Positions 18,903 through 27,714 of a stretch of 38,988 nt of DNA are shown piece after piece. The notes below the pieces were generated by a model that was not told the DNA's origin, searched no databases, and was given only the letters and a program-made list of their open reading frames with translations. The DNA is from a virus (taxonomy: Duplodnaviria; Caudoviricetes), in the IMG/VR virus record IMGVR_UViG_3300025896_000067, positions 1-38,988 of that record; one strand, given 5' to 3'. Position 1 is the stretch's first letter; every line of letters starts with the position of its first letter. The position numbers were made by a program, and so were the translations under genes.

Positions 18903-19266
18903 GAAAGCGCGAGAGCTTGTGGCGCACAGCGGGGTTATCGAAGCGATCAAGTCTGACCTTCTCGCCTCTCCAATGCTGCATCATGTCCGCAGCACGATGC
19001 CATCGCCCAAGAACGCACTTTCTGAGCTATGGCGTCCAACGGACCAAGCCCCCCTTCCTGAAGATACTCAGCGTTCTCAAGACTCCAATCAACCATCAGG
19101 CGACGAAACTCCTACATCGCCTGAGAGCTGATTTCCGGCCTGTCACGCTCGGGCTCCATACCCTGTCGGTCCTTGTTCCGTCAAGTATATAGTTCCCGGG
19201 GCTTCGATTGTTGCGCCCACCTCGGGGCGACGATAGCAAAAACCATCGGTGATTTGTGCACGCGCG

Positions 19267-19953
19267 TCAAGGGCTAGCGCGAGCGTGGTAGCTCGTGTCC
19301 ATCCCGTAGTGTTGCGCCAGCCGCTCCAGGCCGAGACGGATCAGGGACAGGCCGGCGATGTAGGCTTGGCCCCGCTGCTTGCAGCCCATCCAGCCACGGC
19401 CGATCGCCTCCACGTCCCGGACCTCGAGCGCGGTGTCAACGAGGGCGGCCCACTGGTCAGCGTTGGCGACGACGCGCTGCATCTCGGCGACCTTCTGGCC
19501 GTGCCAGATGGACGGCACCTCGACGAGATCGCTGGTGTCCGTCCCGCCGTTGCCGGATGAGACGTTGGCACCGGTGGCGCCGATCAGATGCCGGGTGAGC
19601 TTGTCGCTGGCGAGCTTGGCACCGTCTGAGAGCTTTCCCGCCTGGTGCAGGGACTCGAACGTGCTGAGCTTGCGATAGGCGACACGGTTGGTGCGCTGGT
19701 CGGTGTGGGGGCGCTCCCAGGTGCCTCCCTTGGCCTCCAGTTCGGGGGTGAGGACGGTTTCCGGTCGGATGCTCGGCTTCCAGCGGCGGGCCTCCATACG
19801 GTCGTTGGCCGCCTTCACGCGGGCGAGAGGGTCAGTGTCGTTCTCGTTGGCGTTCGCTCGTTGAGGGTTGGTCTGGTCGAATTTGCCGAACGGGTCGCTT
19901 TGCGCCGGCAAGCCGCGCATGCGCTCAAGGATGCGGTGGTTGATGGTGTCCAT
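19267..19953 (-). CDS. Putative late-gene transcriptional regulator (Q-position gene)
   Basis: Last early gene before the late leader; FESLHQAGKLSD...IRLGLERLAQHYG pattern is typical of alphaproteobacterial phage Q-position proteins. Confidence 0.6.
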   Translation of the reverse strand: MDTINHRILERMRGLPAQSDPFGKFDQTNPQRANANENDTDPLARVKAANDRMEARRWKPSIRPETVLTPELEAKGGTWERPHTDQRTNRVAYRKLSTFESLHQAGKLSDGAKLASDKLTRHLIGATGANVSSGNGGTDTSDLVEVPSIWHGQKVAEMQRVVANADQWAALVDTALEVRDVEAIGRGWMGCKQRGQAYIAGLSLIRLGLERLAQHYGMDTSYHARASP

Positions 19954-19982
19954 GGGGCCTCAGGATGAGGAGACGCGCACGA

Positions 19983-21349
19983 TTAGAGAGGACGGATTGA
20001 ACGGCGGATGCCCATCGGGATGACAATGGCGCTTAGCCACGTCGACCAATTGGGGTCGTTGGTTACGAAAACGCGCGTCATCAACATGCAGAGCGCGAAG
20101 CCAGCAGCAAACGCCCAAACCGTCCTTACCGTCCGTTCCTGTGTTGTCACTTCACGGCCCTCCATGTCTGCTTGGTCACGGCTTGGGGTTCTCCTCTTTG
20201 TAGGCGTCGAACACACGGCCATGCAGCACTGCTCGGAGCTTCTTCAACTCCTCCAGGGCAGCCAGTTCCTCATCTCGAAGCTTGCCAAAATATGCATTGG
20301 TCTTCGAGTGCGGCTGATCCTTCAGTTCGATCTTCACGCTCATCTCCAGGCCGTGGATGGCCTTCTCGATGCCGTCACGGGCGGCGATGGCGGCGCGCTG
20401 CGAAAGGGTTTCGATCACACTGTCCTCCTGACGACCTTGGTTCGCTTGCTCTTACGCTGTCGGATGGTCTCTGAGACGGCCTTACGCTTGAGGGTGACGA
20501 CGAGCTTGCCGCCCTTGATGCGGTAGCCTTTCAGGCGGGGCTTGTGGCCGGTCATGGGGTGGTGTTCTCCGTTGCCCGCACATCAGCAGCGTCAAAGCCG
20601 CGGGTCCATCCGCTGATGTAGCCAGCCTGGCGTCCGTGCTCGTAGCCGACGGCAAAGATCATCCCCGCGATCAGCAGAACCGCCGCGATTTTGTCGATGC
20701 GGAGCATCTTCACCCCTCCACGATCTTGCTGAGCCTTGCCATCACGTCCTCGCACTCGGCGTGAACGGCTCTCGATTGCGTCTCGTCTCTCAGGACGGAG
20801 AGAAGGCGGTGGGCGGCGGAGAGGGTCAGGTGGTCGTTGGCTCGGGAGGGCGGCGCCACATGAATGGCATCCCCAGAATCACGCATTGCCCGCTTAATGC
20901 AATCCATCCAGTCCACATCGATTTTCGCTGTGTAGACGGTCATTACACCCTGTCCTTCCGCTCGTTGTTCTCGATGATCGCACGGGCGCGGCGGTTGGCC
21001 TGCTCTAGTCCGTAAGACTTGACGATCATGTCGATCGCCTCCTGAGCGGTGCCCGTCGAGCAATGCTCTCGCAACAATCTCACGATGTCCTCAGCTACCA
21101 TCTTGGCGTCGTAGTCGGTCATACGCGTGCCTTTCCTTCGTCGGCGGCCAGCAGCGCCTTGGCGAGGCGGTCTGCCTTGGCGCGCTGCCTGAGGGCCTTG
21201 CAGTGGCGGCGCCAGGCGTCGGCGGCGAGGCGGTCCATGTCGGCGGCCTCAGCCTTGCGCATCAGGGCCAGCAGCTCGTCTGCCGGGACGCGGACCAGCT
21301 TGGATCCGTTGGCGCGGGTCTGGAGTTCTATGCGGTCGGAGAGGGTCAT
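19983..21349 (-). other. Cluster of about seven small, translationally coupled early ORFs (nin-like region)
   Basis: 21119..21349; 20943..21122 (MTDYDAKMVAED, 59 aa); 20710..20943; 20552..20708 (TM); 20415..20555 (46 aa, very basic, MTGHKPRLKGYRIK); 20176..20418; 19983..~20150 (TM). Most starts and stops overlap. Confidence 0.6.
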
Positions 21350-22098
21350 GGCGTCAGCCCTTCCGCTTGGAGGATCGCACGGCCGATGACGGTCGGAACT
21401 TCAGGATAGATGCTGTTGCCGATCGCACGGTTTCGCTCCATTCCGAAGGGAACGCCATCAGCGCCTCCGTAAAGCGCGGATGGATCTTCCAGCCGTGCTC
21501 TTTGACGAGCGCGTGCACCCTCAAGATCGTAGATTTCTTGTACCGTCCCGTGCGGTCGTGGAGCGGTATCCCGAACCCCCGTCCGTCCATGCTGGCCGTT
21601 GGGGTAGGCCACTGCGAACACGCGCTGTCGCATGTGTGGTGCACCCAAGGCGCACGCAGATACAGTCGACCATTCCGCATCATACCCGATTGCGGCCAAG
21701 TCTCCGAGAACGGTTCCCATTCCGTCATCGAGCAGCGCTGCCACGTTTTCCAAGATCGCGTAGCGTGGTCGTATCTCGCCAATGAACCTTGCGAACTCTC
21801 CCCACAGTCCTGAGCGCTCGCCGCTAATGCCGGCGCCAAGCCCAGCTCGAGAAAGGTCCTGGCACGGGAACCCGCCGCAGATGACATCGACGGCAATTCC
21901 GTCTCGTCGAAGAGCATCGGCTGTGAGGGTGCGGACATCGTCGTAGATGGGGACGTTGGGCCAGTGCTTGGCGAGGACGCGGCGGGGATAGTCTTCGATC
22001 TCGCAGAACGCGACGGTTTCGAAGCCGCCGGCGCGCTCGAGGCCGAGGCTGAATCCTCCGATGCCGCTGAACAGGTCGAGGACGCGGAGCTTTCGCAT
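21346..22098 (-). CDS. dcm: DNA (cytosine-5)-methyltransferase, catalytic (alpha) polypeptide
   Basis: Motif I DLFSGIGG, IV GGFPCQD, VI ENV, VIII GAPHMRQRVF, X AIGNSI. TRD and motif IX are not evident in this frame. Start MRKLRV has RBS gggagggag. Confidence 0.93.
   Translation of the reverse strand: MRKLRVLDLFSGIGGFSLGLERAGGFETVAFCEIEDYPRRVLAKHWPNVPIYDDVRTLTADALRRDGIAVDVICGGFPCQDLSRAGLGAGISGERSGLWGEFARFIGEIRPRYAILENVAALLDDGMGTVLGDLAAIGYDAEWSTVSACALGAPHMRQRVFAVAYPNGQHGRTGVRDTAPRPHGTVQEIYDLEGARARQRARLEDPSALYGGADGVPFGMERNRAIGNSIYPEVPTVIGRAILQAEGLTP
21354..21938 (-). CDS. Nested out-of-frame methyltransferase beta polypeptide (M.EcoHK31I-like; start uncertain, 21938 or 21917)
   Basis: The alternative frame is open for 249 codons inside dcm and carries FSETWPQSGMMRNG, WPTPTAS (TRD-like) and HPRFTEALMAFPSEW (motif IX-like). 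Confidence 0.75.
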   Translation of the reverse strand: MSAPSQPMLFDETELPSMSSAAGSRARTFLELGLAPALAASAQDCGESSQGSLARYDHATRSWKTWQRCSMTEWEPFSETWPQSGMMRNGRLYLRAPWVHHTCDSACSQWPTPTASMDGRGFGIPLHDRTGRYKKSTILRVHALVKEHGWKIHPRFTEALMAFPSEWSETVRSATASILKFRPSSAVRSSKRKG

Positions 22099-22142
22099 GT
22101 CACTGCTCTCCCTCCCCTGCCATGGCGCGGGAACGGGGGTTC

Positions 22143-23369
22143 TCAATGCTCATTGGCGCCCTCCACGATGCCATAGCCCATGCGCGCGATGCGAAGCGCT
22201 CCAATGCGCTGATCAAGGAACAGCTCGGCGAGCGTCGGCTTGCCCATCACCTCGTGGTCTTTGACCTTGTCGATGTGGAGCAGCGTCGGGCCGTCGCCTG
22301 ACGGGCGCCACACACACCAGCCGATATCGGCCTTGTTGCCCCAGTGCGCGGTGTCGGCGCCGTCGTTGAGGGTCAGCAGCTTGCCCTTGATCATGCGCTT
22401 TTCCACGCCGTCCTTCGGCGGGTGAGCACACACGATCATCAGCAGCCCGTAGTCGTCGGCGAGCTGCTTCAGCTGCATGATGAAGCGGCCCATGTAATCG
22501 GTCTTGCTCTCGCCCTTCGGCACCTCGTGATCGATCTCGTTGACGGGATCGATCGCCACGACCTTGATGCCGTAGACCTTCACCGCGTATTCGATGCGGT
22601 CGATGAGCCGGGCCGCGTTGAGCACCGCGCCGCGCTTGCGACGGAGGAAGTAAAACCCCTTCCTGATCTCGGTATCCGCGTCGGCGACCATCTCCTCTGA
22701 CCACTGGTTCATCGGGAGTTTCAGCATGTGCCGGCGCAGGTCGCGGATGTAGCGCGGCTTCACCTTCTCCTCGAAAGCCGTGATCAGGCACGGCCACTTG
22801 TGGAGCTCCCAGAGCTGAACGAGGAGCTGACGCAGCAGGATGCTCTTGCCGGATCCATAGGGGCCGATCACCGGCATGAACGCCGGCAGCGTGAAGCGGA
22901 AGCCGTGCTCGTCAAGCTGCGGAAAGCCGGAGCGATAGGATAGCTGCTCGCCGGGGTCCGGGATGTCATCGACCGACGCGATCTCATCAGTCCACATGCG
23001 GCGCGCGGTCAGCATCGCGTTGCGGAGCAGATCGGGGCCGCTGTTGGCCAGCATGTCGGACGGGCCTTCGCGGTCCTCAGGCCATTCGACCCACAGGCAG
23101 CGGGTGTCGCCGAGGCGGACGGCCAAGCCATCACGCAGGCCCTCGTAGCCGTGCGGCAGGGCGAGGATCACCCGGTCGAAGATCATCAGCGACGGATCCG
23201 GCTCCCAGCCGTCAGCCGTCGGCACGTAGACCGATCGCTCGTCGCTGACGACGCGGACGGATTTGTACCCCATGTGCTTGAGGGCGAGCTGGTCGTGCTC
23301 GGTGGCGACGATGACCAGCTCGAGCGGCTGCCGGGCGGGTTTGATCTGGGCAATGGTCATACGGCCCAC
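22143..23369 (-). CDS. DnaB/Twinkle-type (SF4) replicative helicase with degenerate TOPRIM-like N-terminus
   Basis: Walker A GPYGSGKS, FEE, Walker B VVAIDPVNEI, CAHPPK, WGNKAD; N-terminal TEHDQLAL..G..SV / RVILAL / VEWPED resembles a decayed TOPRIM. Confidence 0.85.
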   Translation of the reverse strand: MGRMTIAQIKPARQPLELVIVATEHDQLALKHMGYKSVRVVSDERSVYVPTADGWEPDPSLMIFDRVILALPHGYEGLRDGLAVRLGDTRCLWVEWPEDREGPSDMLANSGPDLLRNAMLTARRMWTDEIASVDDIPDPGEQLSYRSGFPQLDEHGFRFTLPAFMPVIGPYGSGKSILLRQLLVQLWELHKWPCLITAFEEKVKPRYIRDLRRHMLKLPMNQWSEEMVADADTEIRKGFYFLRRKRGAVLNAARLIDRIEYAVKVYGIKVVAIDPVNEIDHEVPKGESKTDYMGRFIMQLKQLADDYGLLMIVCAHPPKDGVEKRMIKGKLLTLNDGADTAHWGNKADIGWCVWRPSGDGPTLLHIDKVKDHEVMGKPTLAELFLDQRIGALRIARMGYGIVEGANEH

Positions 23370-24106
23370 TCCGGCTTGACGTAGACGTGGGGCGTGCAGC
23401 CGTTGCGGGCGACCACCGGGGCGGCCTTCGGCTTCGACTTGGCGACGGCTTCGGCGTACCGGCGGTCACGATCTCGCTTGTCGCGGGCGATCTGGGCCAG
23501 CTTCCGCTCAACTTGGGCATGAACGGAGTGGGCGCGGCTGTTCGGCTGAAGGCTCCCGGCGCATTCGATCAGGGCGAGGTCGAAACCCTTCTCGTCGAAT
23601 TGCTGGAGCCAGAAGGACCGGCAGCTATCGGGTGCGATAACCCGCTTCCCGTCGAACGTGAATTCGGCCATTCCCCCTGCCAAGGGGGTTAGGGGGTTCT
23701 TCTTCTCTGTATCTGTATCTGTATCTGGGGGCGTTGCGCAACGTTGCATCTCCGTTGCGGGCTCGTCCTTCTTCTTCAAAGCCCGATGTTTACGGGACCT
23801 TTCCGTGCTGCTGTCGCTCTGGAATTGCCGCTTTGACCATGCAACGACAACGCCGTCCCGGATCATTTCGAGGGTCGTGAACGCATAAAACACCTTGTCG
23901 ACCGTCTCAATCTGCTCCGCTATCGTTGCCGCAACGTTGCGCGACGTTGCCTTAAACGCTCCATTGGAATTGCTCTCGGCCGCGCTCTCAAGGATCATGT
24001 CCCAAGTAGCAATGGCGACTGCGCGCGAGCATCCGGCGATCAGCGCAGCCTCGGCAATCTTCGGATCGCTCACGGTGCCCGTGTAGCGGCGATACCAACG
24101 GCTCAT
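23357..24106 (-). CDS. Phage replication initiator / replisome organiser
   Basis: MSRWYRRYTGTVSDPK...WSKRQFQSDSSTERSRKHR...DTDTDTEKKNPLTPL architecture; directly upstream of the helicase. Confidence 0.8.
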   Translation of the reverse strand: MSRWYRRYTGTVSDPKIAEAALIAGCSRAVAIATWDMILESAAESNSNGAFKATSRNVAATIAEQIETVDKVFYAFTTLEMIRDGVVVAWSKRQFQSDSSTERSRKHRALKKKDEPATEMQRCATPPDTDTDTEKKNPLTPLAGGMAEFTFDGKRVIAPDSCRSFWLQQFDEKGFDLALIECAGSLQPNSRAHSVHAQVERKLAQIARDKRDRDRRYAEAVAKSKPKAAPVVARNGCTPHVYVKPEWAV

Positions 24107-24108
24107 GA

Positions 24109-25022
24109 TCAGCCCCCCAGCTCGTCGGCGAGCTTCGCCAGCTTGCGCGAGGCGGCTTTGATGCGGGCGCGGGCGAGGTCGCCGATCAGGTCGCGGGGCG
24201 TAATCCCCAAGACGATGCGGGAGGTCCGCAATTCGAGGCTATACCGAACCGGTACGGTCTTGATTTCGTCGGATTTCTCGGGCATAAAAACCTCGTTCGA
24301 TGAATGAGCTAAGGGCCGCCACAGCCCGTGCATCTGCCAGCTACTCGCCCTCGGCTTTCCCCGCCGGGGGCGAAGTCTTTTCGGGGATCACCATCGCGAC
24401 CGGCGGGATAGCCAGGTCGGGGAACATGCCGCCAAGCCAGTTCTTGCGGGGACGCTGAGCGCCAGCCCGGCGGGCGCGAAGGACGCGGTGAGCGTCGAAG
24501 CCGTTGAACTCAGCCATGGCGGGCGGTCTCGCGGAGCGCCTTGGTGTAGGCAGTCGCGTAGTGCTTCATCGCGACCTTGCGGCCTTGGCTCGCATTGGCC
24601 CTATACGCAGCCGTTGCGGCAGACCGCGCGGCATCCCTATTTCCGTTGGCTTTGATCCTCTCGCACTGCCGCTGCGCCGCCCTCTTGTCAGCGGGACGCC
24701 GCCCATGAACTCGGTGCTTAACCGCCATGACGTAACCGACGCAGCAGCCGACCATTTCCGCAATCGCGGTAGGGCCGATGCCTTGTGCGAGAAACGTCCT
24801 GATCCGCTCAGCTTTCGTCATGCGAAGCCCCGATTGAAAGGGGCCGGCGATCTCGATGACCGCCGGCCAGTCTAGGGAGGGCGCTACCGAGCCCAATGGA
24901 GGCATCGGGCGATAGCGGTCGGCGGGCGGCACGCATGGGCCGGTTCCACGCCCGGTCCGGCATATCTCCGGGCAAGTGCAGTGGATCACCCGCCGACCGC
25001 TAAGGCCGGCGAACTGACGCAC
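24109..25022 (-). other. Small early ORFs between cro and the initiator
   Basis: 24109..24285 (MPEKSDEIK), 24341..24517 (MAEFNGFDAHRVL, 58 aa), 24510..24821 (HTH-like MTKAERIRTFLAQGIGPTAIAEMVGC). Confidence 0.55.
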
Positions 25023-25045
25023 TCGACAAACGCGGGGACGCTAGG

Positions 25046-25273
25046 TTACGCGGCGGCGCTGGCGTCGGCCGGAGCCGGGCGCCTGGGACGGGACAAAAAA
25101 TCTGTCGGTGTGACCGCGCCGCCCGTCGCCACCGTGATACGCTCGAGAATCGGCCATTGCGGGCGACGTTCGCCAGCGCAGTAGCGAGTGACGGATGAGT
25201 AGTCGACACCGATCAGCTCCGCGAACTCGCGGGCCGTGATGTCCTTCTCGCGTAGGTATTCTTTCAGCTTCAT
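25046..25273 (-). CDS. Cro-like HTH_XRE regulator (leaderless)
   Basis: MKLKEYLREKDITAREFAELIGVDYSSVTRYCAGERRP...ITVATGGAVTPTDF; ATG lies 7 nt after the -10 box; no S24 peptidase domain. Confidence 0.88.
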   Translation of the reverse strand: MKLKEYLREKDITAREFAELIGVDYSSVTRYCAGERRPQWPILERITVATGGAVTPTDFLSRPRRPAPADASAAA

Positions 25274-25280
25274 GGCGCGG

Positions 25281-25309
25281 ATAATAATTGCCGCCGTGGC
25301 GACCGTCAA
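25281..25309 (-). promoter_or_regulatory. Leftward sigma70 promoter driving cro/replication, with operator O1 in the spacer
   Basis: TTGACG (25309-25304), 17 bp, TATTAT (25286-25281); operator ttgccgccgtggcga at 25288-25302. Confidence 0.8.
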
Positions 25310-25323
25310 GCGTCAAAAGCCTG

Positions 25324-25332
25324 TGTGGATAA
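25324..25332 (-). promoter_or_regulatory. Perfect DnaA-box 9-mer
   Basis: tgtggataa is the reverse complement of TTATCCACA; single copy between the divergent promoters. Confidence 0.4.
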
Positions 25333-25352
25333 CGTCGGGATACGCGGAAATT

Positions 25353-25405
25353 TTGCCGTGGCGGCATTTTTCCTCTTGACGCTTGCCGTGGTGGCAATTT
25401 ATGGT
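25353..25405 (+). promoter_or_regulatory. Rightward sigma70 promoter with operators O2 and O3
   Basis: TTGACG (25376-25381), 18 bp, TATGGT (25400-25405); operators ttgccgtggcggcat (25353-25367) and ttgccgtggtggcaa (25383-25397); consensus TTGCC-N5-GGCAA. Confidence 0.78.
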
Positions 25406-25411
25406 CACTCC

Positions 25412-25480
25412 AGATCAGCCGCCGGACACGACGCCGGGCACGCCCCAAGGCCCCTAGTCTCTCTCCCCGGCGGCTGATCT
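25412..25480 (+). other. Structured leader / candidate small RNA (14-bp perfect stem, 41-nt loop)
   Basis: agatcagccgccgg (25412-25425) / ccggcggctgatct (25467-25480), starting at the predicted +1. Confidence 0.6.
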
Positions 25481-25499
25481 CAGAACACGGAGGCGGAAC

Positions 25500-25727
25500 G
25501 TGGCGACCATCCAAATCACAGAGACCGAATTGCTTCAGGCCAAGCGCGCGATCGTCGTGCTCGCCGAGGTGATGAATATGGTCGACCGGCTCAGCGGGAA
25601 GAAGCAGGCGCCGCTTGAGCTTCGCGAGGACATGGCCGCGCTGATCGGAATCCTCAGAAAGATTGAGCCGATCGCGGACGGCAATCCGATTTCCACGCAC
25701 GGCAGCGGGGGTCAAAGCGCCGTGTGA
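25500..25727 (+). CDS. Hypothetical early protein (75 aa)
   Basis: RBS ggagg and GTG start; first gene of the rightward operon; followed by an 11-bp hairpin accggccgggc/gcccggccggt. Confidence 0.7.
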   Translation: MATIQITETELLQAKRAIVVLAEVMNMVDRLSGKKQAPLELREDMAALIGILRKIEPIADGNPISTHGSGGQSAV

Positions 25728-25784
25728 GAGGGACCGGCCGGGCACCTAATAAGGCCCGGCCGGTGGTTACAAACGGAGGCGGGA

Positions 25785-26126
25785 ATGGCGACGGAAGGCA
25801 CCTTTGAAATTGATCTCGACGCAATGGACCTGCCGGTTGCTGACGCGCTGGTGTGCGTCTCCGGCATCACGGCTGAGGTCGAATGGTACGAGGACGCTGA
25901 CGAGGAATTGCATTGGAACGTCACCCTCATGGTGGACGCCAATGGGTCGAAGGCTCCGCTCGACGTGACCGACCCGCTCGGAAAAGCCCTGTTCTCGAAG
26001 GTGCATTCTCACATCGAAGAGCACTGGCAGGGAACCATCCACGACAAGGTGGAGCAGCGAGCGCCCATGCGGGACCAGTACCGCGAGCATCGGTTGGGAT
26101 CGTTCGAGCTACTGGGGAGGCGGTGA
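25785..26126 (+). CDS. Hypothetical acidic protein (113 aa)
   Basis: RBS ggagg; ends REHRLGSFELLGRR. Confidence 0.7.
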   Translation: MATEGTFEIDLDAMDLPVADALVCVSGITAEVEWYEDADEELHWNVTLMVDANGSKAPLDVTDPLGKALFSKVHSHIEEHWQGTIHDKVEQRAPMRDQYREHRLGSFELLGRR

Positions 26127-26872
26127 TCGTGACGCGTTGGGAGCTTGAAGCGTGGAGTGCGCGCGAAAGCGTGAAGGTCTGCATCGGAGCGCATCACATT
26201 CCGATGCAGCGGGCGAGGCAAATCCTCGACGGCGGTTTTTCCAAGGTCCGCATCTACAAGGTCACGGACGACATTCGGACGCTGGTTCGGATTGTTGATC
26301 GGCAGCCGGCGCCGAAGGCCAAGCCGTGGTGGCATCAGGGGGCGTGAGATGTGGGTCAGATGGTACGCGATTATCGGGTTGGTGCAAGCGTCAGTGCTGG
26401 CGGCAATGACACTTTGGGCCATGGGCGAGACGATCGAAAAGGAATCGAAGGTTCATTTCCTGGGGCTGGGCAAGCGACCGCTCGAGCGGTTGGTCTGGTC
26501 CTCGCCGGAGGAGGAGTTCCGGGCCGCTCTTGAGCGGCTACGGGAAGAGCGCGGCGACGCCATCGCGATGCAGATGTGCATGGGCGGCGTCTACCTGCTG
26601 AGGAAGATCAGCGACGACGAGCGGGCCGAGGCGGCGCGGGTCAAGCACGAGGGCTGAATATGAAAATGACGCCAATGCAGCAGCGCGTGTTCAACGCGCT
26701 TCAAGATGAGTTTGACGTGCCGTTCGCGATTGCACACAGGGCAAAGATCACGACCATCAGCCCAACCGAAACAGCTGCAAAAATTTGCAGGCAACTGACG
26801 AAGATGGGCTTGGCTGAGGAGTGCGGTAGCCGCATGTACCCGACGTGGCGCCGGGTCAAGCACGAGGGATGA
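26123..26872 (+). other. Three small early ORFs; the last two both end in RVKHEG
   Basis: ~26123..26347, 26349..26657 (N-terminal TM), 26659..26872 (winged-HTH-like); 17-bp direct repeat cgggtcaagcacgaggg at 26637-26653 and 26852-26868. Confidence 0.6.
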
Positions 26873-27585
26873 CGATGGCACACCTACATGACGTCCACCC
26901 GTCGATAGTCAAGGCGATCTGCGCCATCATGACGAGCGTCGATGCGGTCGCAAAGTCGAACCGCAATTCGCATGGCGGCTACAATTACTCGTCGACAGAT
27001 GACATCTACGCGGCGGTGACGCGCAAGATGGGCGAGGTCGGTCTGGTCTGCCTCGTGCAAGAGGATCTATGCGAGATCAAGCGGGTCGAGTCGACGGACC
27101 CCAAGACGAAAGAGCCAAAAATCTCGCAATGGGCGCGGCTCGAGTTCTCGTTCATTCTTGCAACGGAACAAGGCACGTGGAGCGACCCCAAAGCGCGCCG
27201 GTCTCTCTTTATTCAAGTGACCGGCCCGCAGACATTCCAGAGCGCGCAGAGCTACGCCGAGAAGGCGTATCTGAGGTCGCTGTTCAAGCTCCCGACCGGC
27301 GACATGGACCTCGATTCCATGGCGCAGTCTGACGACGAGTATTCGCAGGTTGCGCTGAACAACCGCGCGCCGCGCAAATCGAGCGCCGAGGGCAAGCGGG
27401 ACGGCAGCGTCAAGCTGTTCAACGAGATCCGCGCCGAGATCGCAAAGGCGATCAGCGCCGAGCATTTGCAGCACGTGAAGGAGACGCGGGCCGACGAATG
27501 GGCAGCGCTCCCTGGGAGATGGTCGGACACGCTTGACGAGGACTATGCCGTCAAGATGGACGAACTCCGCGCGCGTGCCGCATGA
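26869..27585 (+). CDS. erf: ERF-family single-strand annealing recombinase
   Basis: VAKSNRNSHGGYNYSSTDDI...GSAQSYA-like (QSAQSYAEKAYLRSLFKLPTGDMDLD) ERF signature. Confidence 0.88.
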   Translation: MTMAHLHDVHPSIVKAICAIMTSVDAVAKSNRNSHGGYNYSSTDDIYAAVTRKMGEVGLVCLVQEDLCEIKRVESTDPKTKEPKISQWARLEFSFILATEQGTWSDPKARRSLFIQVTGPQTFQSAQSYAEKAYLRSLFKLPTGDMDLDSMAQSDDEYSQVALNNRAPRKSSAEGKRDGSVKLFNEIRAEIAKAISAEHLQHVKETRADEWAALPGRWSDTLDEDYAVKMDELRARAA

Positions 27586-27714
27586 GGGTCCGTCTCCGCC
27601 TGTTCGATCTCTCATTGGTGAGGCACTACCGGAACGCCGGATACCTCCCCGACCAGATCGCACGGCTGACCGAATTGTCGAGACAGGACGTGTACTTTTG
27701 CTGGTGGGAACTCA

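Larger units (their letters stand above)
18091..19196 (+). mobile_element. Defective IS1595-family element (~1.1 kb) with passenger ORFs
   Basis: Terminal inverted repeats ggaactgtatacttgacggaaca (18091-18113) and tgttccgtcaagtatatagttcc (19174-19196), one mismatch; CGG is duplicated at 18088-18090 and 19197-19199; encloses a truncated transposase. Confidence 0.88.

Noticed and set aside
18950-19160. Stop-codon readthrough or recoding suggested by MEPERDRPEISSQAM-TAG-EFRRLMVDW
   Set aside because: Confined to a decaying IS passenger; other genes end normally at TAG (e.g. 1674..4379), so this is a pseudogene rather than an alternative genetic code.
23705-23726. tctgta/tatctg hexamer tandem as replication iterons
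   Set aside because: It simply encodes the DTDTDTE linker of the initiator; no longer iteron set was convincingly identified.
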